A DNA stretch of 64,000 bases from Candidatus Flemingiibacterium sp. (GCA_045586505.1 JAZNAL010000013.1:49804-113803); one strand, 5' to 3'. Positions 20,741 through 31,647 are shown, counted from the first letter of the stretch. Program-made: numbers and translations. The notes: generated from the sequence alone by a model not told the origin.

Positions 20741-20922
20741 CATAAAAGCAGATACGAGGGGCAATCCTATTCTTTGAATCAAGTCTGAAAAATGGATCAT
20801 TTTTCAGACGATGAAGTTTTGTGCCTTTCGCATCTTCGATGCGAATTTCCTAACGGAAACCGCCACAAAACTTCGTATTCGTTAGAAAGGAATGGTCATA
20901 ATTAAGCTGTATTTTGGAGAAA

Positions 20923-21333
20923 ATGATGCGAAGAATCGGTGAATATGCGATCGTATATACTATAGGTGGTGTAGGGTACACCATAATTGAAATACTGTGG
21001 CGCGGCTACACGCATTGGACTATGGCGATGACAGGTGGGATGTGTCTGACGCTTATCTACATGAATGAGGCGTTCCACAATCATGCGCCGTTATGGAAGC
21101 GATGCCTTGTGGGCAGTCTCATAATTTCGCTGTCCGAGCTTGCTGTCGGATTTGTGGTAAATATCCTCCTCGGCTGGAAGGTTTGGGACTATTCTAACCA
21201 GCTTTTCAACCTTTTTGGACAGGTTTGTGTGCTTTACTCCGCGCTTTGGTATCTTCTCTGCATCCCTGCCGCAGGTCTCTGCACCTTCCTGCGAAAATGG
21301 CTTCGCGGTGCAAACGGCAAGTCTACAGTATGA
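20923..21333 (+). CDS. small polytopic membrane protein (CmpB / putative ABC-transporter type IV-like family)
   Basis: The pattern GGVGYTIIEILWRGYTHWTMAMTGG plus four hydrophobic helices resembles that family. Assigned from memory only. Confidence 0.45.
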   Translation: MMRRIGEYAIVYTIGGVGYTIIEILWRGYTHWTMAMTGGMCLTLIYMNEAFHNHAPLWKRCLVGSLIISLSELAVGFVVNILLGWKVWDYSNQLFNLFGQVCVLYSALWYLLCIPAAGLCTFLRKWLRGANGKSTV

Positions 21334-22801
21334 TGCAGATCAGCCCGCCACTGCCTTCGTTTATGATGCGTCCGAGAGTTTCCGAGAGCTTTGCACGGGC
21401 GTCCTCGGGCATATGACCGAGCTTGGTGTGAAGCCCCTCGTTGACAAGCTGATGGAGGGTCTTGCCAAACATATTGGAGCCCCAGATCTTCCTCGGATCC
21501 TCCTCGAACTCCTTTAACATATACTTGACCAGCTCCTCGGATTGCTGTTCGGTGCCAACAACAGGGTTTATTTCTGTCTCGATGTTGGCTTTGATCATAT
21601 GGATGCTGGGTGCCGATGCGCGAAGACGCACTCCGTACCCTCCCGACTGCTTGACGATCTCGGGCTCCTCCAAACGCAGGTCCTCGATCTCAGGCATTAC
21701 GATACCGTAGCCCTTTTCGCTGACATCCGCCAGTGCCGCGGAAACGCGGTCGTATTTTTCCTTCATCCCCGCAAGCTCGCGAAGGAGAATGATCAGCTTC
21801 TCCTCGCTTGAAATGTCGAATCCGCACAGCTCGCTGATTATCTTATAGTAAAGTCCGTCGGCAAGCTCCACTGACAGCTCTGCAGTGCCCTTGCCGAGGT
21901 CGATCTTGTCGGCTTTGACGCACTTGACGTATTCGTTCTCGCAGGGCTCGGTGAAAATACTTCCGATCTCGCCGATCTTATAAACACGGTCAGCGCGCTC
22001 CATGATAAAATCACAAAGCGCGGTGCGCAGACGGTGAGATGGCTCAAGGGCGTTTGTCCAGTCGGGGAGTTTCACCTTGACCTCGCTGATTGGGAACTCC
22101 ATGAGCACAAGCTCTAAAATATGGCGGATGTCGTCCCCGTCAAGGCGCAGACAGTTGACCAGCGCTACGGGGGCACCATATTTGCTCTCCAGCTCGTATG
22201 CAAGGCGAACTGCGTCGTCGCTTTCGGGGGCTGCGGAATTCAGTATGATGGCGAAGGGTTTGCCTGTTTCCTTAATCTCACGTACCACGCGCTCCTCCGC
22301 TTCGACGTAATTATCGCGCGGAATCTCACCGATGGTGCCGTCGGTGGTCACAAGCATCCCCACGGTGGAATGCTCGTTTATGACCTTGCGGGTGCCGTAT
22401 TCCGCCGCCTCTGTAAACGGCATCGGCTCTGCCTGCCACGGCGTATGCACCATGCGCGCGTGTCCGTCCTCGATATGTCCCATGGCATCGGGAACTATGT
22501 AGCCAACGCAGTCTACCATTTTCACCTTCATCACCGCATTGTCGGCGAGTGTGATTTCCACCGCTTCGTCGGGGACGAATTTGGGCTCGGTGGTCATGAC
22601 GGTCTTTCCCGCGGCACTCTGCGGGATCTCGTCTCTGGCGCGCTCGCGCTCATGCTCGTCGCGGATGCCCGGAATGACCAGCGCTTCCATAAACTTTTTG
22701 ATAAACGTGGATTTTCCCGTGCGCACAGGACCGATCACACCGAGGTAAAAGGTGTTGGCGCACCGCTCTGCGATGTCCCTGTAGATTGATGTGTCTGCCA
22801 T
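21323..22801 (-). CDS. spoIVA: stage IV sporulation protein A (spore coat morphogenetic ATPase)
   Basis: 492 aa. Colinear with B. subtilis SpoIVA from IYRDIAERC..YLGVIGPVRTGKSTFIKKFME to the C-terminal RIINEGSGGLICIIL. Confidence 0.95.
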   Translation of the reverse strand: MADTSIYRDIAERCANTFYLGVIGPVRTGKSTFIKKFMEALVIPGIRDEHERERARDEIPQSAAGKTVMTTEPKFVPDEAVEITLADNAVMKVKMVDCVGYIVPDAMGHIEDGHARMVHTPWQAEPMPFTEAAEYGTRKVINEHSTVGMLVTTDGTIGEIPRDNYVEAEERVVREIKETGKPFAIILNSAAPESDDAVRLAYELESKYGAPVALVNCLRLDGDDIRHILELVLMEFPISEVKVKLPDWTNALEPSHRLRTALCDFIMERADRVYKIGEIGSIFTEPCENEYVKCVKADKIDLGKGTAELSVELADGLYYKIISELCGFDISSEEKLIILLRELAGMKEKYDRVSAALADVSEKGYGIVMPEIEDLRLEEPEIVKQSGGYGVRLRASAPSIHMIKANIETEINPVVGTEQQSEELVKYMLKEFEEDPRKIWGSNMFGKTLHQLVNEGLHTKLGHMPEDARAKLSETLGRIINEGSGGLICIIL

Positions 22802-23081
22802 TACTTAAATCCTCCTCGAGATAGTTACTGACATATTTATATTTACGTGTGGGGGAAAATATGCAGGAATGGTTTACACCGGGGAGAAGTTCAGTGAAAA
22901 AAGCTTCGATAATTCTCCCATGGGCGGCAGTATGCCACAAAAAACCTGCCGCGTAGACGGATAAAACGCGCTGTTGATCAAAAATCTACTGCTACGTGGC
23001 AATAAAGGGTGTATTTAACCTTGACAAATCGCGAGATTTAATGTATCATATATTATATCACAGCAAAAAGGAGGCTTTAAC

Positions 23082-24137
23082 ATGAAGGAAATGAAAATGA
23101 CATTCCGACACTACGGTGACAGCGACCCCGTAAGTCTTGAGTATATCTCGCAGATTCCGGGTATGAGCGGCATCGTGTCGGCTGTTTACGATGTATCCCC
23201 CGGAAAAGAGTGGAGTACTGAAAGCATTGCTAAGATCAAATCCGACGCGAAGGCTCACGGTCTTGCTTTTGAAGTAGTCGAGAGCGTTCCTGTACACGAG
23301 GACATCAAGCTCGGCAAGCCCTCCCGCGATGAGTATATCGAGGTTTACCGCAGAAATATCAAGAAGCTTGCAGATGCAGGTGTTAAAGTTATCTGCTACA
23401 ACTTTATGCCCGTATTCGACTGGCTTCGTTCTGACCTTTCTCACAAAAATCCCGACGGCTCCACCTGCCTCATCTACCGCGACGCGGAGGTTTTAGCGAT
23501 GGATCCCAACACCGAGAAACTGTCGCTTCCCGGCTGGGACGAGAGCTACACTCAGGACGGTCTGCGCGCACTGCTCGCAGAGTATAAGTCCGTTGACGAG
23601 GAAAAGCTTTGGGAGAATATGAGCTACTTCTTGCACGGAATCATTCCCGTGTGTGAGGAGAGCGGCATCAAGATGGCTATCCATCCGGACGATCCGCCGT
23701 GGGGCATCTTCGGCCTGCCCAGAGTTATCACCAACGCAAAGAATCTGGAGCGCTTCTGTAATCTCATTGACAGCGAGTGCAACGGTCTGACTCTCTGCAC
23801 CGGTTCTCTCGGTGTTAATCCCGCCAACAATGTTGTTGACATGATCCGCCACTTCGGTGCAAAGCGCCGCATCCACTTCCTGCACGCGCGCAACATCAAG
23901 ATCACCGGTACCCGCGACTTCAACGAAACGGGTCATCTCAGTGAAGACGGTTCACTTGATATGTACGATGTGCTGAAGGCGGCTTGGGATGTTGATTTCG
24001 ACGGCTATATCCGTCCCGACCACGGTCGTATGATCTGGGGTGAGACAGGTAAGCCCGGCTACGGTCTCTATGACCGCGCACTCGGAGCCGTTTACCTTAA
24101 CGGTATCTGGGAAGCTATCAACAAAGAGAATAAGTAA
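23082..24137 (+). CDS. uxuA: mannonate dehydratase
   Basis: [46 protein letters not shown] and RPDHG match UxuA. Confidence 0.9.
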   Translation: MKEMKMTFRHYGDSDPVSLEYISQIPGMSGIVSAVYDVSPGKEWSTESIAKIKSDAKAHGLAFEVVESVPVHEDIKLGKPSRDEYIEVYRRNIKKLADAGVKVICYNFMPVFDWLRSDLSHKNPDGSTCLIYRDAEVLAMDPNTEKLSLPGWDESYTQDGLRALLAEYKSVDEEKLWENMSYFLHGIIPVCEESGIKMAIHPDDPPWGIFGLPRVITNAKNLERFCNLIDSECNGLTLCTGSLGVNPANNVVDMIRHFGAKRRIHFLHARNIKITGTRDFNETGHLSEDGSLDMYDVLKAAWDVDFDGYIRPDHGRMIWGETGKPGYGLYDRALGAVYLNGIWEAINKENK

Positions 24138-24190
24138 ATATTAAAAGACAGCGTAAATGCATACACATTTACGCTGTCTTGTTGTATAAT

Positions 24191-24225
24191 AAAAATCTGC
24201 AGCTCGTGCGAGCTGCAGATTTTTT
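24191..24225. terminator. bidirectional terminator between uxuA and hom
   Basis: Perfect hairpin ATCTGCAGCTCG/CGAGCTGCAGAT flanked by A5 and T5. A second hairpin at 24145-24180 follows uxuA. Confidence 0.75.
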
Positions 24226-24234
24226 GGCTGTATA

Positions 24235-25428
24235 TTAAAGAATGCGCATAGCTGTGAAGTTTTCGCTGAGAGTGATGCCGATCTCAAGCAGACTTACTTC
24301 TCCGGTGACTACTGCATAGCAGTCATCGCTGTCCTCAAGCACCTCAGCCTCAAGCATACAGAGGCAGTGATTCGGCTTCTTGTCGAAGCGCATGTACCAG
24401 CGGGATTTCAGCTTGTCCGCAGACAGTATCTCATCGTCATTCAGACGCTCCCAAACGGGGGTGTTGTGAGTCGGATGAGTGATAAAGGTAGCAATTTCAA
24501 TAATATCGGAGACTACTGCGCTGGCGGTGGGAAGCTTGCCCGCACCTCTGCCGTAGAACATTACATCGCCGATAGCGTTTCCGTTGACCAGCACACCGTT
24601 GTAAACGTCGCTGATGCTGGAAAGGGGATTGGAGTGGCGTACAAGGGAGGGGGCTACACAAGCGCTGATCTTGTCGCCTACACGAACCGCTTTACCGATA
24701 AGCTTGATGGACGCACCGAACTTTGCGGCATTTGCCACATCACGTAGTGTTACATTACGGATACCTTGGGTCTGAACCTTTTCGGGTGGAATGAGCTTGC
24801 CGAAAGCCATAGCCGAGAGAATGGAGATCTTGCGGCAGGTGTCGATGCCGTCAACGTCTGCGGAGGGGTCGCGCTCGGCATAACCCTTTTCCTGAGCTTC
24901 CGCGAGAGCGGTGTCGAAATCCTTGTTCTCATTTATCATCTGAGTAAGGATATAGTTGGTGGTGCCGTTCAGAATGCCGTTGACCTCGGTGATATCGTTT
25001 GCGGTCAGACAGTTGCCGATGGGGTGGATTACGGGGATACCGCCGCCAACGCTGGCTTCAAAGAGATAACGCACATTGTTTTCCGCCGCGATTTTAAGAA
25101 GCTCGGGGCCGAAATTTGCCACAACCTCTTTGTTGGAGGTAACAACGCTCTTGCCCGCCTCCATAGCGGCGCTGGAAAACTCGAATGCGGGATGGGAGCC
25201 GCCCATCAGCTCCGCGCAGATCTTGACCTCGGGGTCGTTTAAGATAACATTCACATCATGGACTATCTTATCTTCAAAGGGACTACCGGGAAAATCGCGC
25301 AGATCGAGGATGTATTTTATATTGATGTCGTCGCCGACACGCTCGGAGATGAGCTTGGCGTTCTGGGTAAGCACCTCGGCGGTACCGCCTCCGACCACAC
25401 CGAATCCGAAAATTGCTACGTTAATCAT
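24235..25428 (-). CDS. hom: homoserine dehydrogenase (with C-terminal ACT-like domain)
   Basis: MINVAIFGFGVVGGG NAD motif and NKEVVA, GGIPVI, ILNGTTNYIL motifs. The ATG at 25428 has an AAAGGA RBS. Confidence 0.9.
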   Translation of the reverse strand: MINVAIFGFGVVGGGTAEVLTQNAKLISERVGDDINIKYILDLRDFPGSPFEDKIVHDVNVILNDPEVKICAELMGGSHPAFEFSSAAMEAGKSVVTSNKEVVANFGPELLKIAAENNVRYLFEASVGGGIPVIHPIGNCLTANDITEVNGILNGTTNYILTQMINENKDFDTALAEAQEKGYAERDPSADVDGIDTCRKISILSAMAFGKLIPPEKVQTQGIRNVTLRDVANAAKFGASIKLIGKAVRVGDKISACVAPSLVRHSNPLSSISDVYNGVLVNGNAIGDVMFYGRGAGKLPTASAVVSDIIEIATFITHPTHNTPVWERLNDDEILSADKLKSRWYMRFDKKPNHCLCMLEAEVLEDSDDCYAVVTGEVSLLEIGITLSENFTAMRIL

Positions 25429-25518
25429 TGTCTTGTTCCTTTGTTTCAAATAGAATTATACTCTATTGTATCACATATATCGCTTTAATGCAATAAAAAC
25501 TTCAAAATTTTACAAAAA

Positions 25519-26952
25519 TCAGCTGAAATATCGAAGTATCGTCTTGATGACCGAATAATTGTCGTCAAAAGGCGGATAACGGAAGCTGTTCAAGTCAAGG
25601 CTTGTGGCTTTCAGTACCGAGGACTCGGTGCTGAAGGTGTCAAAGCCCGCCTTGCCGTGATAACGTCCCATGCCGCTCTCTCCAACGCCGCCGAAGGGCA
25701 GGTTGGGGTTTGCAACCTGAAGAAGGGTGTCGTTTACACAGCCACAGCCGTAGTCGAGATTCATCATCACGTTTTTCTGCATAGCCTTGCTTCTTGTAAA
25801 GAGGTACAGTGCCAGCGGCTTCGGACGCTTGCGGATGGTGTTGATCACCACATTGATATCACTGAACTCAAACACAGGAAGGATGGGGCCAAAGATTTCT
25901 TCGCTCAGGAGCTTGCTGTCCTTGTCGATCTCCTCCATGAGCGTCAGCGCGATTCTGCCGGTGGATTCATCGGCATCGCCGCCCATAATGACTTTACCGT
26001 CATCCAGATAACCACGCAGGCGGTCGAAGTGCATACGGTTGATGATACGAGGATAGTAGCTGTTCTCGCAGGGTTCGGTGGTGCAGTATCTGTCGTGGTA
26101 TTCCTTGATATAGCCGAGCAGTTCATTCTTGACCGAGCTTTCCACAAACAGGTAGTCGGGCGCGATGCAGGTCTGACCGGCGTTGATGAGCTTACCGCAG
26201 ACGATACGGCGAGCCGCAAGGCGCAGATTTGCGGTCTTGTCGACAATACAGGGACTCTTCCCGCCAAGCTCCAGCACCACAGGGGTAAGCTGAGCCGCGG
26301 CTGCCTTCAATACGATGCGCGCCACAGCAGAGCCGCCGGTGTAGAACACCATTCCCAGAGGCTCACGGCGGATAGCCTTGATTGCTTCGAAGCTGTCCAT
26401 ATATGCGGCGATGTATTCGCGGTCGAAGTATTTGAAGATCAGATCGCAGAGCAGGCGGCTTGTGTGGGGCGCGTGCTCGGAGAGCTTTAAAATGGTACAG
26501 TTTCCTGCCGCGATGGAGGAAATGAGCGGGATCATCGCAAGCTGGAAGGGGTAGTTCCAGGGCGAGAAGATCATAACCAGTCCGCGCGGACGGGGGAGCT
26601 TACTGCTGGTGGACGGGAACATATAGAAGGGCGTGGGAACACTTCTCGGCGCGCTCCATGCACGCAGATGACGGATGGCGTGGTTGATCTCCTGCTCCAC
26701 CATACCGATCTCCGTAAGATAACCCTCGCCGAAGGACTTCCCTAGATCGGCGCGAAGCGCCTCCAAAATAAGCCCTTCGTTATCTCGGATCATGATTTTC
26801 AAATTTATAAGAAGCTGACGGCGGAATCTTATATCGCGGGTTTTGCCGGTGGCAAAAAACTCACGCTGAGCGGTAATGATCTCGTGGAGATCCGCAGCGA
26901 TGCCGTTATTGTCCGATTGCTTGCTGTATTTGCTGTTTTCTTGGTTGTTCAT
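25519..26952 (-). CDS. aldehyde dehydrogenase (ALDH3-type, NAD(P)+)
   Basis: FSPWNYP, ELGGKSPCIV, catalytic Cys in GQTCIAPDY and FGGVGESGMG. Confidence 0.85.
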   Translation of the reverse strand: MNNQENSKYSKQSDNNGIAADLHEIITAQREFFATGKTRDIRFRRQLLINLKIMIRDNEGLILEALRADLGKSFGEGYLTEIGMVEQEINHAIRHLRAWSAPRSVPTPFYMFPSTSSKLPRPRGLVMIFSPWNYPFQLAMIPLISSIAAGNCTILKLSEHAPHTSRLLCDLIFKYFDREYIAAYMDSFEAIKAIRREPLGMVFYTGGSAVARIVLKAAAAQLTPVVLELGGKSPCIVDKTANLRLAARRIVCGKLINAGQTCIAPDYLFVESSVKNELLGYIKEYHDRYCTTEPCENSYYPRIINRMHFDRLRGYLDDGKVIMGGDADESTGRIALTLMEEIDKDSKLLSEEIFGPILPVFEFSDINVVINTIRKRPKPLALYLFTRSKAMQKNVMMNLDYGCGCVNDTLLQVANPNLPFGGVGESGMGRYHGKAGFDTFSTESSVLKATSLDLNSFRYPPFDDNYSVIKTILRYFS

Positions 26953-27243
26953 TGTAGTCCTCCGAAAGAGTAGGATGCTTGTATATATATATTATATACT
27001 ACAAATTGTTAAAAAAGCAACCCTAAATGCAATATTTGTTAGAAAAAAGTAGTGATTTTTTGATTTTAGCTCATGAAAACCCGCTGATTTTCCTGAGTTT
27101 CATAATTTTACTTAACATTTATCATCTTTTGACGCAGTACAGACATTAACTATAACATCAGGTGCTATACTATGTAAAGCAAGTTTCGCACAGGCGAGCT
27201 TCGCGATCTGTACATAGTATAAAGTAAAGGATAGGTAAAATTT

Positions 27244-28986
27244 ATGACGATTTTTGATGTACTCACCCTTATTGGAGGACTGTGCCTGTTCCTCTTCGGC
27301 ATGAATATTATGGGAGAGGGACTTGAACGACGTGCGGGTAACGGTCTTAAGGCGTTGCTCGGAAAGCTGACTGGCAGTAAACTGAAAGGCTTTCTCACAG
27401 GACTCGGCGTTACGGCTGTAATTCAAAGCTCATCTGCTACCACCGTAATGGTAGTGGGTTTTGTAAATTCAAAAATAATGACCCTGAAGCAGTCTATCGG
27501 AGTTATTATGGGAGCAAATATCGGAACTACTGTTACTGCATGGGTGCTTAGCCTCGGAGGAATTTCAAGCGATAATATTTTTATAAAGCTTCTTAAACCT
27601 ACATCCTTCACCCCTGTTCTTGCCCTTATTGGCACAGCGCTCCTTATGTTTGCAAAATCCGGCAAGAAAAAGGATGTTGGAACAATACTCCTTGGATTTG
27701 CAACCCTTATGTTCGGCATGGATACCATGTCGACCGCGGTGTCGGGGCTTGCGGATGTACCTGCATTCCAAAATCTGTTCCTTCTCTTTAAGAATCCCAT
27801 ACTAGGTGTTGTTGTGGGCGCAGTGCTTACCGGCATAATTCAGTCAAGCTCCGCTTCTGTGGGCATTCTACAGGCGCTTTCCGCAACAGGTGCGGTATCC
27901 TATGGTGCGGCGGTTCCGATTATAATGGGACAGAACATCGGCACTTGCATTACCGCGCTGCTGTCTTGTGTTGGCACAAACAAGAATGCCAAGCGTGCGG
28001 CGGCGATACACTTATCATTTAATGTCATCGGTACAGTTGTATGGCTTTCTGTATTCAGCGTAATATCCGCACTTTTCCATCCTGCCATACTTGATATGTC
28101 TGCCGATTATTTCGGCATTGCCGTGGCGCATTCTGCATTTAACACTCTGTGTACAATTCTTCTTCTGCCGCTGTCATTTGTGCTTGAATGGATTGCTTAT
28201 AAAATCGTTCCGGAAGATGGAGAGGGTGAAACTCCTGTTGTGCTTGACGAAAGATTGCTTGCGGCTCCCTCGGTTGCACTTGCAGAGAGCGGCAGTCTTG
28301 TCTGCAAAATGGCGCACTTAGCTGTTGACGGATTTAAGTCAAGTCTTGCTCTCATTAGTGAGTACAGTGCGGAGACGGCGGAAAATATCAGGTGTCTTGA
28401 AAACGAGACGGACCGCTATGAGGATATACTCGGAACGTATCTTACAAAGATATCAAGTCATCAGATAGGTGATGAGGACAGCACGGAGATATCAAAACTT
28501 CTTAAGGTTATAGGTGATTTTGAGCGTATTTCCGACCACAGTGTAAACATACTTGAATCTGTGGAGGAGCTGAGGGAAAAGGGAATCGAGTTTTCCGATG
28601 GCGCAAAGGCAGAGCTTGGTACTCTATCGGCGGCGCTTTCCGAAATACTTGACTTGACCCTTGATTCGTTTGAAAATAATAATGTTGACCTTGCGTATTG
28701 TGTCGAGCCGCTTGAGCAGGTTATTGACCGCCTTAAGGAAAAACTACGTGACAGTCACATAATAAGACTTCGAAGCGGCGACTGTACGGTTGAAGCAGGA
28801 TTTATCTGGGTGGACCTTCTTACCAATCTCGGGAGAGCGTCGGACCATTGCTCAAATGTGGCAGGATGCATAATAGATGCAAAAAACAGCAACATGAATC
28901 TTCACGAGTCCCTTCGCGAGATAAAGGCAGGCAGTCCTGAATTCAGGGCGAGATACGAGGCATATGCGGCAAAGTATTCTCTGTAA
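27244..28986 (+). CDS. Na/Pi cotransporter family protein with C-terminal PhoU-like domain
   Basis: Duplicated motif G(A/Q)NIGTT/C..A and QSSSA(T/S) of the Na/Pi-cotransporter II-related family, plus PhoU-like helices (..ERISDHS.., ..GRASDHCSN..). Confidence 0.85.
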   Translation: MTIFDVLTLIGGLCLFLFGMNIMGEGLERRAGNGLKALLGKLTGSKLKGFLTGLGVTAVIQSSSATTVMVVGFVNSKIMTLKQSIGVIMGANIGTTVTAWVLSLGGISSDNIFIKLLKPTSFTPVLALIGTALLMFAKSGKKKDVGTILLGFATLMFGMDTMSTAVSGLADVPAFQNLFLLFKNPILGVVVGAVLTGIIQSSSASVGILQALSATGAVSYGAAVPIIMGQNIGTCITALLSCVGTNKNAKRAAAIHLSFNVIGTVVWLSVFSVISALFHPAILDMSADYFGIAVAHSAFNTLCTILLLPLSFVLEWIAYKIVPEDGEGETPVVLDERLLAAPSVALAESGSLVCKMAHLAVDGFKSSLALISEYSAETAENIRCLENETDRYEDILGTYLTKISSHQIGDEDSTEISKLLKVIGDFERISDHSVNILESVEELREKGIEFSDGAKAELGTLSAALSEILDLTLDSFENNNVDLAYCVEPLEQVIDRLKEKLRDSHIIRLRSGDCTVEAGFIWVDLLTNLGRASDHCSNVAGCIIDAKNSNMNLHESLREIKAGSPEFRARYEAYAAKYSL

Positions 28987-29022
28987 AATCGGGAAAAGAG
29001 CGCAGATAATGCGAAAAAACAC

Positions 29023-29051
29023 TTGACAAACTTAAAACTCAGGTGTATAAT
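29023..29051 (+). promoter_or_regulatory. sigma-A type promoter of the thrS leader
   Basis: TTGACA-17 nt-TATAAT. Confidence 0.7.
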
Positions 29052-29057
29052 GTATTG

Positions 29058-29341
29058 TATAAAGGCCGAATGGATTCATCCGGGAGAATGCGTTTTCAGA
29101 GAGAGTCTTGTAGCTGTGAGAGACTTAACGCGGCATCGGATACGAGACCGCCATTCAGCAGATGTTTTTTGCTATAGGCTCCGCGCAGGAAATGGCGCGG
29201 CGGGTGACGCCGTTACACGGACACGCGGTATATACCGATACGGTGCTTGCCGCAGGACAGAGTTAAAAAATCGGGTGGAACCGTGGGAATTATCTCACCC
29301 CGAAGGTATAATTTTATTATTATGCCCTCGGGGTGTTTTTG
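29058..29341 (+). promoter_or_regulatory. T-box leader of thrS with terminator/antiterminator
   Basis: T-box sequence AAATCGGGTGGAACCGTGGG at 29268-29287 overlaps the terminator hairpin CACCCCGAAGG...CCCTCGGGGTG plus T5 (29296-29341). Confidence 0.8.
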
Positions 29342-29375
29342 TATCCTCGGGGCACGAAAGGAATGGTATTATACT

Positions 29376-31313
29376 ATGTTCAAAATCAAGTTTGACGGCA
29401 TCGAACAGCCCATCGAGTTCGATGCTCCCATCACTGTTTACGAGGCAGCAAAGGCTCATAATCTTACTGACCGCTCCTCGCTCGCCGCAAGTGTTAACGG
29501 CAATGTTGTTGCGCTTTCCCACACACTTTCCGAGGATGCTGAGGTAAAGATCCTTACCTTCAACGATGCTGACGGCAAGCACGTTTTCTGGCACACAGCA
29601 TCCCATATCCTCGCGCAGGCGGTCAAGCGCCTCTATCCCGCGGCTAAGCTGACCATCGGCCCCGCGATCGAGACCGGATTCTACTACGATATTGACAGCG
29701 AGGTTGCATTTACTCCCGATATTCTCGCAAATATCGAGGCTGAGATGCAGAAGATCGTTAAGGAAAACCTCCTCATCGAGCGCTTCACTCTCCCGCGCGA
29801 CGAGGCAATCAAGCTTATGACTGAGAAGGAAGAGCCTTACAAGGTACAGCTCATTGAGGAGCTTCCCGAGGGCGAGGAAATTTCTTTCTACAAGCAGGGT
29901 GAGTTCACTGACCTCTGCGCAGGACCTCACATCTTCTCCACCGGCGCTGTTAAGGCATTAAAGCTTATCCAGTGCACAGGCGCATATTGGAAGGGCGATC
30001 AGAACAATAAGCAGCTTCAGCGTATCTACGGTGTGGCGTTCCCCGCGAAGGATATGCTGAAGGAGCATCTTGCGCAGGTGGAGGAAGCCAAGAAGCGCGA
30101 CCACAACAAGCTTGGACGTGAGCTTGAGTTGTTTACGACGGTTGATTCTATCGGTCAGGGACTTCCTATCATGCTTCCCAAGGGCGCACGCCTTATCCAG
30201 CTTCTCCAGAGATGGATCGAGGATGAGGAGCAGAAGCGCGGCTATCTGCTTACCAAAACTCCTTTAATGGCAAAATCCGATCTTTACAAGATTTCCGGTC
30301 ACTGGGATCACTATAAGGACGGTATGTTCGTTCTCGGCGATGAGGAAAAGGACAAGGAGGTCTTTGCACTCCGTCCCATGACATGCCCCTTCCAGTATCA
30401 GGTATTCCTTAACCGTCAGCGCTCCTACCGTGACCTTCCCATGCGTCTCGGTGAGACCTCCACTCTGTTCAGAAATGAGGACAGCGGTGAGATGCACGGT
30501 CTTATCAGAGTCCGTCAGTTCACCATCTCCGAGGGACATCTCATTCTCCGTCCCGAGCAGCTTGAGGAAGAGTTCAAGGGCTGCGTTGAGCTTGCGAAGT
30601 ATACTCTTGACACACTCGGTCTTGGCGAGGACGTTTCCTACCGCTTCTCACAGTGGGATCCGGACAACCGCGACAAGTACGAGGGTACAGACGAGCAGTG
30701 GGCTGAGGCGCAGGACGCTATGAAGAAGATCCTTGATAATCTCGGTATCAATTACGCTATTGGTATCGGTGAGGCGGCATTCTACGGTCCTAAGCTCGAT
30801 ATCCAGATCAAGAACGTTCACGGCAAGGAAGACACCCTTATTACCATCCAGATCGACCAGCTTCTTGCTGAAAAGTTCGGTATGGAGTATATCGATGTCG
30901 ACGGTCAGAAGCGCCGTCCCTATATCATCCACAGAACCTCCGTGGGCTGCTATGAGCGTACACTTGCGCTTCTTATAGAGAAGTACGCAGGCGCGTTCCC
31001 CACATGGCTTGCTCCCACCCAGATCGCAGTGCTTCCTATCGGCTTCGATCAGCACGAGTATGCGGAAGCGCTAAACGCAAAGCTTGAAGCGGCAGGCATA
31101 CGCACCTTCCTCGACGAGCGCAACGAAAAGATCGGCTACAAGATCAGAAGCGCACAGCTTGAAAAGATTCCCTATATGCTTGTCATCGGCGACAACGAAA
31201 AGAACGCAGGTACCGTTGCGGTACGCTCCCGCAAGGAGGGCGACCTTGGCGTCATGAGCCAGGATGAGTTCCTTGCTAAGGTACTCTGCGAGATCGCAAC
31301 CAAGGCAAGATAA
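29376..31313 (+). CDS. thrS: threonine--tRNA ligase
   Basis: TGS domain start MFKIKFDG, editing domain HTASHILAQA, class II motifs FRNEDSGEMHGLIRVRQF and GFYGPKLD, anticodon-binding C-terminus. The ATG at 29376 is chosen because the upstream part of the ORF is the T-box leader. Confidence 0.95.
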   Translation: MFKIKFDGIEQPIEFDAPITVYEAAKAHNLTDRSSLAASVNGNVVALSHTLSEDAEVKILTFNDADGKHVFWHTASHILAQAVKRLYPAAKLTIGPAIETGFYYDIDSEVAFTPDILANIEAEMQKIVKENLLIERFTLPRDEAIKLMTEKEEPYKVQLIEELPEGEEISFYKQGEFTDLCAGPHIFSTGAVKALKLIQCTGAYWKGDQNNKQLQRIYGVAFPAKDMLKEHLAQVEEAKKRDHNKLGRELELFTTVDSIGQGLPIMLPKGARLIQLLQRWIEDEEQKRGYLLTKTPLMAKSDLYKISGHWDHYKDGMFVLGDEEKDKEVFALRPMTCPFQYQVFLNRQRSYRDLPMRLGETSTLFRNEDSGEMHGLIRVRQFTISEGHLILRPEQLEEEFKGCVELAKYTLDTLGLGEDVSYRFSQWDPDNRDKYEGTDEQWAEAQDAMKKILDNLGINYAIGIGEAAFYGPKLDIQIKNVHGKEDTLITIQIDQLLAEKFGMEYIDVDGQKRRPYIIHRTSVGCYERTLALLIEKYAGAFPTWLAPTQIAVLPIGFDQHEYAEALNAKLEAAGIRTFLDERNEKIGYKIRSAQLEKIPYMLVIGDNEKNAGTVAVRSRKEGDLGVMSQDEFLAKVLCEIATKAR

Positions 31314-31647
31314 GACGATAGGTTTTACAGAAATAATCACGCTTCAAAAAGAAAAAACGAAACGGACACGATCAAGTAAATAACGGCGAAAGCAGTATTG
31401 AGCTTGAAAAGTCCGCCAATCGCAATTTAATTACGGGCAGCCGCGTGGGCGGTTGCCCATTTTTATGCCTTGGGGATCTAGCTTCCGGTGAACGGCTCTA
31501 AATATTCTTTGAAGCTTAACTGATCTGATGCCATATCTTCCTGCAACTGGTTGCGCACATATACAGCAATTCGCTTATTGTTTTTTCTGCTTGAATCAAA
31601 AGATTTTTAATCCCACCACCCCAAGCGGTGGTTATTTTGCGCTATAG

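Noticed and set aside
20783-20880. Fluoride (crcB-type) or other known riboswitch in the structured leader
   Set aside because: Only a short AACCGCC match was seen. The overall stem arrangement and the downstream gene (not crcB or eriC) do not fit. No known class could be assigned by eye.
22802-22950. Sigma-E type promoter for spoIVA
   Set aside because: A CATATTTT element is present on the minus strand, but no convincing -35 sits at the right spacing. It is too weak to report as a feature.
29023-29547. ORFs 29023-29547 and the 5' extension of the thrS ORF from 29247
   Set aside because: They overlap the thrS T-box leader and its terminator. ThrS homology begins at the ATG at 29376.
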